DNA of 64,000 bases from an uncultured Thermoplasmata archaeon (GTDB lineage Archaea; Thermoplasmatota; Thermoplasmata; Lutacidiplasmatales; UBA184), in assembly GCA_963749235.1 (NCBI GenBank), contig CAVVLV010000001.1:1147039-1211038 (forward strand). Direction: 5' to 3'. A model generated the notes under the pieces. It was given only the letters and a program-made list of their open reading frames with translations. It made no database searches and had not been told where the DNA came from. How positions within the stretch are numbered: position 1 is the stretch's first letter; each line of letters begins with the position of its first letter. Below are positions 17,411 through 27,206 of this stretch, one piece after another. A program made the translations under genes and the position numbers.

Positions 17411-19435
17411 GTGGTGCCTCCTCCCACCATCGCCCAGCAGCTCGCGGCGAAGCAGCGCGAGATCTCCGTCGCGGAGTTCTTCGAGCGGAATCGTCAGATC
17501 CTCGGGTTCGACAACCCGCAACGGTCGCTGCTCGACCACGGTCAAGGAGGCGGCCGACAACAGCCTGGACGGCTGCGAGGAGGCGTCCATCCTGCCGGAG
17601 GTCCTGGTCGAGATCTCGAAGGAGGGCGAGGACCGGCTGCAGGGTCGCGGTCGAGGACAACGGCCCCGGGATCCTGCGCACGCGAGATCCCGAACGTCTT
17701 CGCCCGACTCCTCTACGGCTCCCGCTTCCACTCCAACCGTCAGGCGCGCGGCCAGCAGGGGATCGGGATCAGCGCGGCCGTCCTCTACGCCAACCTCACG
17801 ACCGCCCAGCCCGCGAAGATCATCTCGAAGATCGAGGAGGAGGAGGCGGCCCATGTCCTCGAGCTCTTCCTCGACACCCAGAAGAACCTGCCCCGGATCG
17901 CTTCCGAGGACGTTCTCCTGTGGGACCGACCCCACGGGACCCGGATCGAGCTCTCCTCAAGGCCCGCTACGTGCGCGGCCGCCAGTCCCCGTACCAGTAC
18001 CTCCGCGGAACCGCGATCGTCAACCCCCACGCCCGGATCGTCCTGGTCGAACCGGACGGGACCCGGGTGACCTTCGAGCGGGCGACGAGCGAGCTCCCTC
18101 CGGTCCGCGAAGGAGACCCTCCCCCATCCCTACGGTCTCGAACTCGGCGAGCTCGGCTACTTCCTGAAGGGGACGAAGCGTCCGACTCTCTCTGAGTTCC
18201 TCGCGCGCGACCTCCAGGGCGTCTCCGCCCGGGCGGCTCGCGACGTCCTCACACAGGCCGAGCTGAAGGCGACCCAGACCCCCGGTTCGGTCCAAGGGGA
18301 GGCCCAGGAGCGACTCCTGAAGGCCCTCCACACGGTCCCTCTCGTCGCGCCGTCCGCCGACTGCCTTTCCCCGATCGGGGCGATGCTGATCAAGCGCGGT
18401 CTCCGCAACGTTCTGGGCGAGGTACGGCCGGATTTCTTCGCGCCTCCCGTGAGCCGTCCGCCCAAGGTCCGGGGCGGTTTTCCCTTCATGGTTGAGGTCG
18501 GCCTCGTGTACGGGGGCGCGCTTCCGGCCGACCAATCGGTCCAGATCCTCCGGTTCGCGAACCGCGTCCCCCTCCTCTTCCAGCAAGGGGCCTGCGCGAT
18601 CACGAACGCGATCTCGAACCTCGATTGGCGGCGGTACGGGCTCGAACAGAAGGGCGGCTCCGGGATCCCGTCCGGCCCCGCCCTCATCCTGGTCCACGTC
18701 GCGTCCACAAAGATCCCGTTCACGAGCGAGGCGAAGGAGGCGATCGCGGAGGACCCCGAGATCGACCGGGAAGTGACGCTCGCACTCCAGGTCGCCGCCC
18801 GTCACCTACGGACCCATCTCTCCCGGCGGACGCGCCGCGACCTCGCGGGGGAGAAGTTCTCGATCATCCTCAAGATCCTGCCGAAGCTCGCCGAGAAGAC
18901 GAGCCACCTGGTCGGGAAACCGGTCCCCGACCTCACGCCGGTCATCACGCGCATCATGGACGTCGTCAACTTGGAGGCCCCGGTGACCTCCGACAAGACG
19001 GGCGTCCACGTGCCCGTGGAGATCGTCAACTACACGCCGCGCGCCCGGGTCCTGGAACTGTTCCTCGAGATCCCGGCCGAAATGCTCGCGGTCGCCGCGT
19101 TCGACCCGGCCCCGGACGGGACGGAGAAGGAGCTCGGCCGCGCCTGGTGGACGCTCCCGAAGCTCGCGCCGAGCGGCCGCACCCAACTGGCCCTCACGTT
19201 CCCCCCGAAGACCGACCTCGAGGTCTCCGACCTGGACTGGTACATTGCCGGGATCGACGAGTCGCATCTCTTGGGCGCCGATCCGCTCCCGGGGGACTGG
19301 GACGTCCGGCTCCCGAGAACGATCGTCGAGGCGGCGGAAGCCGCCGCCGCCGAGGTCTCCCCCACCGGTGCGGGTGAGGAGGAGGTGGATTACGATGCCG
19401 CGGAGTCGAGCGCGAGTGCCAGCGAAGACGAGTGA
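17411..19435 (+). CDS. top6B: DNA topoisomerase VI subunit B, carrying 5 frameshifts as sequenced
   Basis: Bergerat-fold motifs read across frames: KQREISVAEFFERNRQILGFDNP (frame 2), TVKEAADNSLDGCEEA (frame 0), VAVEDNGPGI (frame 1), EIPNVFARLLYGSRFH...GQQGIGIS (frame 2), LKARYVRGRQSPYQYLRGTAIVNPHARI (frame 1), PHPYGLELGEL... to the end (frame 2). Shifts at ~17534, 17643, 17682, 17955 and 18109. Confidence 0.88.
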
Positions 19436-20534
19436 CGAGGACGAGCCGAAGATCCGGGCCGACGCCCTCCAGCCCACCTTGGGGCTCGCCCAGGACATCT
19501 GGAGCCAGCTCGACCGGGGCGAGATCCCCCGGATGCGGCTCCCGCTCCGGACGAAGCAGAACCTGGAGTTCAAGATGCGCGAAGGGGTCTGGAAGCTCGG
19601 GCGCCAGCAGGGCACCCGCAGCGCGCGGAAGCTCGACGGCGCGCTGATGCTCCTACGGACCTTCTACCTCGTCGACTTCATCAACGAGATGGCGGCCGAC
19701 AAGAAGACGTCGACCTTGCGGGAACTGTACTACATCAGCGAAGCCTGGGAGGAGGCGAAGTTCCACAGCGAGGACGAATCGAACCTCCTGATCGAGGACC
19801 TGGAGGTGATGTGCGAGCGCCTCCGGGAGGACTTCCGCCTGCATCCGGAGGAGAACGGCGCTTCCGTCCTCGGCGACCTTACGATCCGGGAGCGGAACCG
19901 GAAGGGGGTGGTGAAGACCATCAACTGCCGGGACGATGTCGGGGACGGCGGCTACGCGCTCCCGTTCAACGTCGAGAAAGAGAAGATTGAGTTCGTCAAG
20001 ACAAGCGCGAAGTTCATCATCGCGATCGAGTGCGGCGGCATGGTCGACCGCCTCGCCGAGAACGGCTTCGATGAGGCCAACGACGCGATCCTGCTCCATC
20101 TGAAGGGCCAGCCCGCCCGGTCGACCCGCCGGTTCCTCCGCCGGGTCTCGGACGAGCTGAAACTGCCGGTCGTCGTCTTCACCGACGGGGACCCCTGGTC
20201 GTTCCGGATCTTCGCTTCGGTCGCCTACGGGGCCATCAAGACCGCGCATCTCTCGAACTACCTCGCCACCCCGTCGGCGGAGTTCCTCGGCGTGACCGCC
20301 TCGGACATCGAGAACTACGACCTCCCCTCCGACCACTTGTCGGAGCAGGATATCCGGGCCCTCCAGGCCGAGCTCACCGACCCCCGGTTCGGGACCGCCG
20401 AATGGCGGGCCGAGATCGAGCTGATGCTCAAGAACGGCAAGAAGGCCGAGCAGCAGTCGCTCGCGAAGTACGGGCTCAACTACGTCACCGAGCACTACCT
20501 GCCCGAGAAGCTGGCTGAGATGGGCGTCCTCTGA
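19395..20534 (+). CDS. top6A: DNA topoisomerase VI subunit A (Spo11 family)
   Basis: ATG at 19395 inside the longer ORF, overlapping the top6B end by 41 nt. Contains TLRELYYISE (catalytic Tyr region) and the Toprim motif VVVFTDGDPWSFRI. Confidence 0.9.
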   Translation: MPRSRARVPAKTSDEDEPKIRADALQPTLGLAQDIWSQLDRGEIPRMRLPLRTKQNLEFKMREGVWKLGRQQGTRSARKLDGALMLLRTFYLVDFINEMAADKKTSTLRELYYISEAWEEAKFHSEDESNLLIEDLEVMCERLREDFRLHPEENGASVLGDLTIRERNRKGVVKTINCRDDVGDGGYALPFNVEKEKIEFVKTSAKFIIAIECGGMVDRLAENGFDEANDAILLHLKGQPARSTRRFLRRVSDELKLPVVVFTDGDPWSFRIFASVAYGAIKTAHLSNYLATPSAEFLGVTASDIENYDLPSDHLSEQDIRALQAELTDPRFGTAEWRAEIELMLKNGKKAEQQSLAKYGLNYVTEHYLPEKLAEMGVL

Positions 20535-21771
20535 CGGTTGCCCGTCCGCTCAGACCAGGATCTTGCAGCCCGGTGCGGCGCTCGACGTCGCGAACGGCCA
20601 CGGCCGCCGCCCCGCGCTCCCCGTGCGGGACGTGGCCGGAGGGGTCGCCTTCGATCGCGCTCACCCAAGCTCGCAGGTGGTCGAAGACCCGGTCCGTAGC
20701 GAGGTCCGCGGCCAGGTCACGCCGAACCTCAGTCGCGACCTCCCTGGCCCGGACGGCACCGACCCGGCCGCCCGCTCCCGGCTGCAACCAGGTCCGAAGG
20801 GTTCGGTAGATCCGTCGCCATTCAGAGGCCGCACGATGCAGACCGACGCCGGTCCAATGGAACCGGTCGGTGAGGGGCCGTCCCAGAAGATACCAACGCA
20901 GGGCATCCGGTCCGACCTCTTGCGTCGCGGTCCGAAGTGGAACCAGGTTCCCTTTCGACTTCGACATTTTCGACCCTTCCCAGAGGACGAGTCCCGGGTG
21001 AACGAACAGTCGGGCGAACGGGCGGTGGTTGAGGGCGAGGGCGACCTCGTTCTCCGCGTAGTGGTGGGGAAAGATCAGGTCGGTGCCCCCGCCGTGCACG
21101 TCGACGGGTAGACCGAGCAGCTCGTGGGCCATCGCGTAGCACTCGAGGTGCCATCCCGGGGTCCCGCGGCCCCAGGGTCCCGGCCACGACGGGCGGGGAC
21201 GGTCTTGGAGCTTCCATACCATGAACTCCCCCGCCGAAGCGTCGTCCAGTGGGAAGGGGTGGTCGGGTTCCTCGACCGCGTGGGACCCGAGCTCCTTACC
21301 AGTAAGGAAATTGGCGCCCGCCGGGCGGTTCGGGGGCGAGTAGAGCCACTCGTCCCCCTGTCGGTGAACGCGCCCGGTCCGGGCCAGACGACGCGCGACG
21401 TCGGTCATCTGCGGAACGAATGCGCTGGCCCGGGGCCGTACGTGGGGGGTGAGGATCCGCAGGTCACGGAGGTCGCGCAGGAAGCCCGCCTCCTCGCGGA
21501 GGGCGAGGGACCGCCACCCGAGCCCGAGTTCGGCCGCGCGCGCGTCGATCTTGTCTTCGAAGTTGGTCACGTTCATCACGTGTCGTACCGGGATCCCCTC
21601 CGCCTCGAGGTGGCGTCGAACCAGGTCGAAGAACAGGTAGGTTCGAGCATGCCCGACGTGGGCCCCGTCGTAGACGGTGGGCCCGCACACGTAGAGCGAG
21701 ACCGGGCGACCGGGGCGCCGCCGGACGGGCTGCGCTCGGCCCGAGAGCGTATCCCGGAGCAAGAGGTCCAT
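20485..21771 (-). CDS. cysS: cysteine--tRNA ligase
   Basis: Start at MDLLLRDTL (complement of 21769-21771). Contains VCGPTVYDGAHVGHARTY (HIGH-type) and KMSKSKGN. The upstream 107 codons of the ORF are non-homologous. Confidence 0.88.
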   Translation of the reverse strand: MDLLLRDTLSGRAQPVRRRPGRPVSLYVCGPTVYDGAHVGHARTYLFFDLVRRHLEAEGIPVRHVMNVTNFEDKIDARAAELGLGWRSLALREEAGFLRDLRDLRILTPHVRPRASAFVPQMTDVARRLARTGRVHRQGDEWLYSPPNRPAGANFLTGKELGSHAVEEPDHPFPLDDASAGEFMVWKLQDRPRPSWPGPWGRGTPGWHLECYAMAHELLGLPVDVHGGGTDLIFPHHYAENEVALALNHRPFARLFVHPGLVLWEGSKMSKSKGNLVPLRTATQEVGPDALRWYLLGRPLTDRFHWTGVGLHRAASEWRRIYRTLRTWLQPGAGGRVGAVRAREVATEVRRDLAADLATDRVFDHLRAWVSAIEGDPSGHVPHGERGAAAVAVRDVERRTGLQDPGLSGRATVRGRPSQPASRAGSAR

Positions 21772-21871
21772 CGGCGACGGAGGCCGCCGGGCGGACCATA
21801 ACTCTTTGGGACCCGGGGGTCGCTCGGTAACTTGATTTGGGGCAGGTCGGTGGGGGAACCGCAGCGCCCCC

Positions 21872-22108
21872 ATGGAAACGATCTTCCTCCTGGTCGAAAC
21901 CGAGGTCGGACAGCTCGAGTCGGTCCTCCAACGGATGAAGGCGGTCCCGGGGGTCGCCGAGGTCGAAGCGGTGACCGGCCCGTTCGACCTCATTGTCAAG
22001 GTGCAGGCCGCCCAACTCAACACCGCCCTCGACACGGTGATCCACAAGATCCGCAAGATCCCCGGCATCAAGTCCACCGAGACGCTCGTCACGGTCGCAA
22101 CCGGCTAG
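21872..22108 (+). CDS. stand-alone Lrp/AsnC-type ligand-binding (RAM) domain protein
   Basis: 78-aa: METIFLLVETEVGQLESVLQRMKAVPGVAEVEAVTGPFDLIVKV... typical of small AsnC-domain proteins. Confidence 0.7.
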   Translation: METIFLLVETEVGQLESVLQRMKAVPGVAEVEAVTGPFDLIVKVQAAQLNTALDTVIHKIRKIPGIKSTETLVTVATG

Positions 22109-22172
22109 GACCCTGCGCTCGTCGGCCCCCGAAGGGCGACCCACCCTCCGGCCGACTCGGGTCCGGGACGAG

Positions 22173-22181
22173 TTCAAATAT
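22173..22181 (+). promoter_or_regulatory. TATA-box-like element (TTCAAATAT) for bcp
   Basis: Centred ~26 nt upstream of the ATG at 22203, suggesting a leaderless transcript. Confidence 0.45.
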
Positions 22182-22202
22182 CGCCGCGCCCGTGGTCGCC
22201 CG

Positions 22203-22644
22203 ATGGTCGCAGTGGGAGAGATCGCCCCGAAGTACCACGCCTTGACCCAGGACGGCGCCCCGTTCGCCTCGGACTCGCTCCGGGGAAAGCGGGTCGTGCT
22301 CTACTTCTATCCGAAGGCCGACACCCCCGGTTGCGACGATCGAGGCGAAGGGATTCCGGGACGAGCTCCCCCAGTACCGGGCGAAGGGCGTGGAGATCGT
22401 CGGCGTGAGCACGGACGACTGCCCCGCCCAGAAGGCGTTCGCGACCAAGTACGGGCTCTCCTTCCCCCTCCTTGCCGACTCAAAGAAGGAGGTCGCGACG
22501 ACGTTCGGGGTCCTCCGCCCGACCGGGACGGCGCGGCGCGTCACGTTCTTGATCGAGAAGGACGGGAAGGTCGCCGAGGTGATCGACTCCTCCTCGGTCG
22601 ACGACCACCTCAACCGGGCGCGCGCCCGCTTCCTGACGGGCTAG
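22203..22644 (+). CDS. bcp: peroxiredoxin (Bcp/PrxQ type), +1 frameshift at ~22335
   Basis: VVLYFYPKADTPGC is in frame 0. TIEAKGFRDELPQYRAKGVEIVGVSTD...FPLLADSKKEVA is in frame 1. Removing G22335 restores the PGCT active-site motif. Confidence 0.85.
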
Positions 22645-25600
22645 TCGCGACCCCGTCCGTTGGCCCGGCGTCCGCCGCCGCGGCGACGGGGGCTTGGGGG
22701 CGCGTCCGGTCAGGCTCCAGGCCCGGTCGCCCACCAGTTGAAGCGCTGCCGGCACGAGGTAGGTGCGGACCACCATCGCATCGAGCACCACCGCGATGGC
22801 GACGGAGAAGCCGATCGCACGAATGAGGGTGAACTCTCCGATCAGGAGGGCCGCGAACGCGCTCGCCAGGATGACCGCGGCCGCGGTGATGATCCCGCCG
22901 GTGCGGCCGATCGCGGTCACGATCGCGGCGGTCGAGGAGGCGCCCTTGACCCGCTCCTCCCGGACCCGGGTCAGGACGAAGATGTTGTAGTCGATCCCCA
23001 GGCCGAGGATGAGGAGGAACATGATCGTCCGGACGTAGAAGAAGAGCGGGAACCCGAGGACGAGCTGGAAGACCAAGTAGGTGACCGCCCATGCCCAGGA
23101 GATGGAGAGGGCGATGGTCGCGATCGCCATCACGGCGATGATCCAAGAACGAAGGACCGCGAGCAGGACCAGGAGGAGCCCGATCGTGACGGCGATCACG
23201 AGGATCTCGGTCGCCGTCGCGGTCTCGTCGGCGAGGTCGCCGATCGTGGGCGCGCCCCCCCCGTATGCGACGGACGTGATGTCGGGATGGGACGACGCGT
23301 AGTTCGCGAAGGTCCCCTCGACCGACTTCACCGCGGCGACCGCATCGGACGAGAGTCCCGTCGAGCTCGGCTGGAGGGAGAGCAGGACCGTCCGTCCGTC
23401 GGTCCCCACGAACCCTTCCAAGAGCCCGAGCAGGTTCTGCTGCGGCGCCGGTAGGAGGGCCGAGAGGTTCTCCCATTCGCTCAGGGGCGCCCCGAATGGT
23501 CCGACCGGAGACTGGACGACGGCGATCCCCGACGTATTCTCCGCGAGCGAGGTCAGGTGGGCCACGTCCGTAAACTCGGTCACGTTCGTATAGTTCCCGA
23601 CCACCAGGGGGCTCGCGAACGTCACCAGCGCGAACGAAGGGACCGCGAAGCCGTCCCCGAAGTGGGAGTACAGCGACTGGAGCCCGTCGGTCGCGGGATG
23701 GCCTCCCGGAAGCTGGCCGTAGAAGTCGTACGCGAGCGGAACCTGGAGCGCGACCAGGACCAGCGGGATGCTCACGAGCAACAGGATCCCGAGAACGGTG
23801 GCGGGGCGTCGTTGCGTCAGGCGACCCGCGCGGTAGAAGTACGTGGCGCCGGCCGACGTCCGCGCGTTCACCTCCTCTGCCCGGCGGTCGAAGCGCCGGC
23901 CCGTGTCGGGCCAGAAGATCCGGGGGCCGAGGAGCTTCAGGGCCGCGGGTACGAGGGTGAGGGAGAGCAGGATCGTGAAGAGGATCGCAAGGGCGAGCAC
24001 CCGTCCCCACTGGGAGAGGAGGGCGACCCCGCTGAAGGTCAACGCGAGGGTGGCGATGATGGCCGTCGAACCGCTCGTCGCGACGGATTGACCTGCCCAG
24101 GCGAGCGACTGCTCGATCGCCTCGTCCGAGGACCGCCCCCGGTGGAGCTCTTCGCGGTACCGGGCCACGATGAAGATCGAGTAATCGGTCCCCACACCGA
24201 GCACGAAGACCTCCTCGAGGGTCAGGGACGTCGAATCGACCGGTCCGAAGAGCACGCCCAAGAGGACGGTCCCGCCGAGGGCCAGGACGAGGGCGATGCT
24301 GAGCGCCGCGAACGTCATGAGCGGCGTCAGCGGGGACCGGAAGTACGCCATCGAAATGACGAGGAGCAGGCCGACCGTGAGCGGCAGGACGAGCCGGAGG
24401 GAGTCGTCCACGATCGTGTTGGTCACGAGGTCCAAGGGCGCCGACCCGGTTTGGTAATACCGGATCGAGTGGGTCGCATCCGAGTCCGCCAGCACCGGGC
24501 CGACCCGGTCATCGATGGCAGGCAGGTCCGCGTAGACCGGTTGGCCGCCGCTCGAGTTCGTGTAATCGTCGGTCACGGAGAACGAGACCGAGATGAGGGA
24601 CGCGGTCCCGGCGGCATTCACGAAGGGACTCGAGAGGGCGTACGGAACCGGGAGCGGCTCGGTCCAGAGGGTCCCGTTCGACACCGTCCCGTTGGCCCAG
24701 GCGAGGGCGTCGGAGGCGGAGACCGACCCGGAGGGGAACGCGGCCCACACGGTGTCGACCCAACCCGCGGGCATCCCGACCTCCCCCGCGACGAGGGTCG
24801 ATGCGGTCGCCCGAACCTCGGGCCAGGCGGAAAAGTTCTCGACCTCCATTCCGGTGAGCGCAGCGGCTCCAACCGCTTGTCCCGAGCGTGGGAGAAGGCT
24901 GGGCAAGAGCGGCAACTCCTGGGTGCGAACGACCCGGTCGAGACAGGCTACCACCGCGACGGGGTCGGCGGCGCAGGCGGCGGTCCCGTTGAACCCGCCG
25001 ACCGACCCGTTGAACCCGGAGTAGAACGCGTCCAAGACCGCGAGTTGGGCGGCGTTGAAATGCCCGGCGGCGAGGGTCGCCTGATAGGCCGGGAAGTTTG
25101 CGCCGGAGGCGTTCCCCGAAGTGCCGTTCGCGTCGGATTCCCACTCGGAGAGGAACAGGGAGGGAACTCCCCAAAGGAGCGCAGCCGTTTGGTTGAGGCT
25201 CGTGAGTAGGCTCGGGGACGCGTGGGCCGCCCCTTCGATCCCCCCGGCGGCGAGTCGAACCTGCCCGGCGAGGTAGCTCGCGTAGCTCGTGTACACGCTC
25301 GCCACGTGGGCCACGTCCGTGAGCGACCGGTCGGAGACGAGCGTCCGGGTGACGTTCTCGATCACGCCCTGGCCGTTAGGGTCGGTGAGGTTCGTTCCGA
25401 CGAACAGGAGGATGCTCGACGCCCCCCCCGATTCGTTGGGGAAGAGTCGGGCGAGCTCGGCGTTCGCGACCGCGCTCGGCGAGTTCGTGGGGACCGACTC
25501 GGTCGAGTTGGTCGTGACGGACCCGAGCAGGGGTAGGAAGGGGATCACGAGGACGAGCAGGACCACCCAGAATACGACCGGATACCACGGGTGACGGAGG

Positions 25601-25668
25601 ATCCCGCGAGCGAGTCGGCTAAAGATCCGGGCCCCCGACGGGGTGCGTTCGGGCTCCCGGCGGGACAC
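22480..25668 (-). CDS. MMPL/RND-superfamily membrane transporter
   Basis: 1062-aa with two blocks of ~6 TM helices and two large soluble loops (GTDYSIFIVARYREE, GIDYNIFVLTRVREE). The last ~80 residues are Arg-rich and antisense to bcp, so the true C-terminus may be shorter. Confidence 0.8.
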   Translation of the reverse strand: MSRREPERTPSGARIFSRLARGILRHPWYPVVFWVVLLVLVIPFLPLLGSVTTNSTESVPTNSPSAVANAELARLFPNESGGASSILLFVGTNLTDPNGQGVIENVTRTLVSDRSLTDVAHVASVYTSYASYLAGQVRLAAGGIEGAAHASPSLLTSLNQTAALLWGVPSLFLSEWESDANGTSGNASGANFPAYQATLAAGHFNAAQLAVLDAFYSGFNGSVGGFNGTAACAADPVAVVACLDRVVRTQELPLLPSLLPRSGQAVGAAALTGMEVENFSAWPEVRATASTLVAGEVGMPAGWVDTVWAAFPSGSVSASDALAWANGTVSNGTLWTEPLPVPYALSSPFVNAAGTASLISVSFSVTDDYTNSSGGQPVYADLPAIDDRVGPVLADSDATHSIRYYQTGSAPLDLVTNTIVDDSLRLVLPLTVGLLLVISMAYFRSPLTPLMTFAALSIALVLALGGTVLLGVLFGPVDSTSLTLEEVFVLGVGTDYSIFIVARYREELHRGRSSDEAIEQSLAWAGQSVATSGSTAIIATLALTFSGVALLSQWGRVLALAILFTILLSLTLVPAALKLLGPRIFWPDTGRRFDRRAEEVNARTSAGATYFYRAGRLTQRRPATVLGILLLVSIPLVLVALQVPLAYDFYGQLPGGHPATDGLQSLYSHFGDGFAVPSFALVTFASPLVVGNYTNVTEFTDVAHLTSLAENTSGIAVVQSPVGPFGAPLSEWENLSALLPAPQQNLLGLLEGFVGTDGRTVLLSLQPSSTGLSSDAVAAVKSVEGTFANYASSHPDITSVAYGGGAPTIGDLADETATATEILVIAVTIGLLLVLLAVLRSWIIAVMAIATIALSISWAWAVTYLVFQLVLGFPLFFYVRTIMFLLILGLGIDYNIFVLTRVREERVKGASSTAAIVTAIGRTGGIITAAAVILASAFAALLIGEFTLIRAIGFSVAIAVVLDAMVVRTYLVPAALQLVGDRAWSLTGRAPKPPSPRRRTPGQRTGSRLARQEAGARPVEVVVDRGGVDHLGDLPVLLDQERDAPRRPGRAEDPERRRDLLL

Positions 25669-25698
25669 GTCGCGGGGGGGGCGGACGAAAAGATAACC

Positions 25699-26661
25699 CT
25701 ACCGCGCCGAGGGAGGGTCCTTCGTGATCCCGGTGCGGCGCCACTGGGCGGGATACCGGGCCGGGTCGGCGAAGACCCGGGTCTCGCCGACGACCCATCC
25801 GTGCCGGACCGATGAGACCTCCTTGGAGTCGATGGTGGCGACCCCGGTCGCGATCAACGTCCCGGTGCGGGTGACGAGGGCGACCCGGGCCCCCTTCGGG
25901 AACGCCCGGGGGAGTGCGAGGATCCCGCCCTTCGCCAGGCCGGCGCCGTGGGCGACCGCGCTCGCGGCCCCCTCCTTGAGCACGATGGTCGGGAACTCCC
26001 TCCAAACCTCCTCGATCGGGTGGAGCAGGGCCAGGAGCGCATCGGGGTCGCCGGAGCGCGCCGCCGTGACGGCATCAGCGAGGACGGTGAGGGGAACGGA
26101 CTGACCCTCATCGAACGGTCCGGTCGAGACGCGGCGGAGCTCCTCCAAGTGCCCTCCCGTCCCGAGCGCCTCGGCGAGATCGACGGCGAGCGTACGGATG
26201 TAGGTCCCCGAATCGGTGACCGCGTCGAGGAGGGCGTGGGTCCCCTCCGTCTCGAGGACCGCGAGCCGATGGATCGTCCGGACTCGGCGTTCGCGCTTGA
26301 CCGCGGAGCGTACCGGCGGGGTCTGGTAGATCGGCGCCGTGAATTCCGCGACGACCCGATCCAGGTCCTTTCGCGGAACGGCCGAGTGGAAGTTCACCGC
26401 CCCGATGTATCGCTTTGGGAACTCGAGGACGAGCGGGAGGAGCTTGAGCGCCGGGCCGACGCCGACCCAGAGCAGGCCCGAGACGTTCGGGTCGAGCGTC
26501 CCCGCGTGCCCCGCGACATCGACCCCGAGGAGGTCGCGGGCCCACGCGGTGACCTGGTGGGACGAGGGGCCTCGGGGCTTGTCGATCAGGAGGAAGGCGC
26601 CCTGTTCCAGCCGTTCCGTGACGGAAGCGGGCCACGGCGCCGGGGCGGGCGCGGCGGTCAC
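25699..26661 (-). CDS. cbf5: tRNA/rRNA pseudouridine synthase Cbf5 (TruB family with PUA domain)
   Basis: 320-aa. LLIDKPRGPSSHQV and HAGTLDPNVSGLL (catalytic Asp), plus a C-terminal PUA-like region. Confidence 0.88.
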   Translation of the reverse strand: MTAAPAPAPWPASVTERLEQGAFLLIDKPRGPSSHQVTAWARDLLGVDVAGHAGTLDPNVSGLLWVGVGPALKLLPLVLEFPKRYIGAVNFHSAVPRKDLDRVVAEFTAPIYQTPPVRSAVKRERRVRTIHRLAVLETEGTHALLDAVTDSGTYIRTLAVDLAEALGTGGHLEELRRVSTGPFDEGQSVPLTVLADAVTAARSGDPDALLALLHPIEEVWREFPTIVLKEGAASAVAHGAGLAKGGILALPRAFPKGARVALVTRTGTLIATGVATIDSKEVSSVRHGWVVGETRVFADPARYPAQWRRTGITKDPPSAR

Positions 26662-27206
26662 GGGGCGGCCCCGGGCGATCGAACGCTCAGGTAGTGAACG
26701 ATCTTTTCGGCGACCTCGACGGCGGGGAGGGAGGTCGAATCGACGGTCAGGTCGGCGGGCTCACTTTCCGGGGCGAGGTCGTAGATGCGCCGATAGCGCT
26801 TGCGTTCGCTGTCCTCCCGCGCCCGGATCTGACGGAGCGCGTCGGGGACGGACTCTCCGTCCCGCTGGGCCACCCGCCGGGCGCGTTCCCGCTCCTCCGC
26901 GGTCACCACGATCGCGTAGACGGGACGGCCCCCCCGCCGGCAGAGCGCGGACTGGATCCGTCCGTCCAGGAGCCGCCCGGGTTGGGCGAGCGCCTGCATC
27001 GTGGAATCGAGTTCACGGTCGACCTCCGGATGGGCCTCGGCGTACCGGCCGAACGCCTCCAGATCGAGGCCCCGGGCCTTCGCCTCGGCGCGGAAGACCT
27101 CGCCCGCGGACCGGTACTCGAGCCGAAGCGACGCGGCGACCAGGCGGCCCGCCGTCGACTTGCCGCTTCCCGGGGGGCCCCCGATCGCAACGACTCGGTC
27201 GATCAC
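26658..27206 (-). CDS. cmk: cytidylate kinase (archaeal type)
   Basis: GTG at 27206 overlaps the upstream stop (GTGA). P-loop AIGGPPGSGKST. Overlaps the cbf5 start by 4 nt. Confidence 0.8.
   Translation of the reverse strand: MIDRVVAIGGPPGSGKSTAGRLVAASLRLEYRSAGEVFRAEAKARGLDLEAFGRYAEAHPEVDRELDSTMQALAQPGRLLDGRIQSALCRRGGRPVYAIVVTAEERERARRVAQRDGESVPDALRQIRAREDSERKRYRRIYDLAPESEPADLTVDSTSLPAVEVAEKIVHYLSVRSPGAAP

Noticed and set aside
21772-22092. 107-codon N-terminal extension of cysS in the ORF track.
   Set aside because: It has no similarity to CysRS N-termini. The conserved core begins a few residues after the Met at 21771, and the extension would run through the divergent promoter region.
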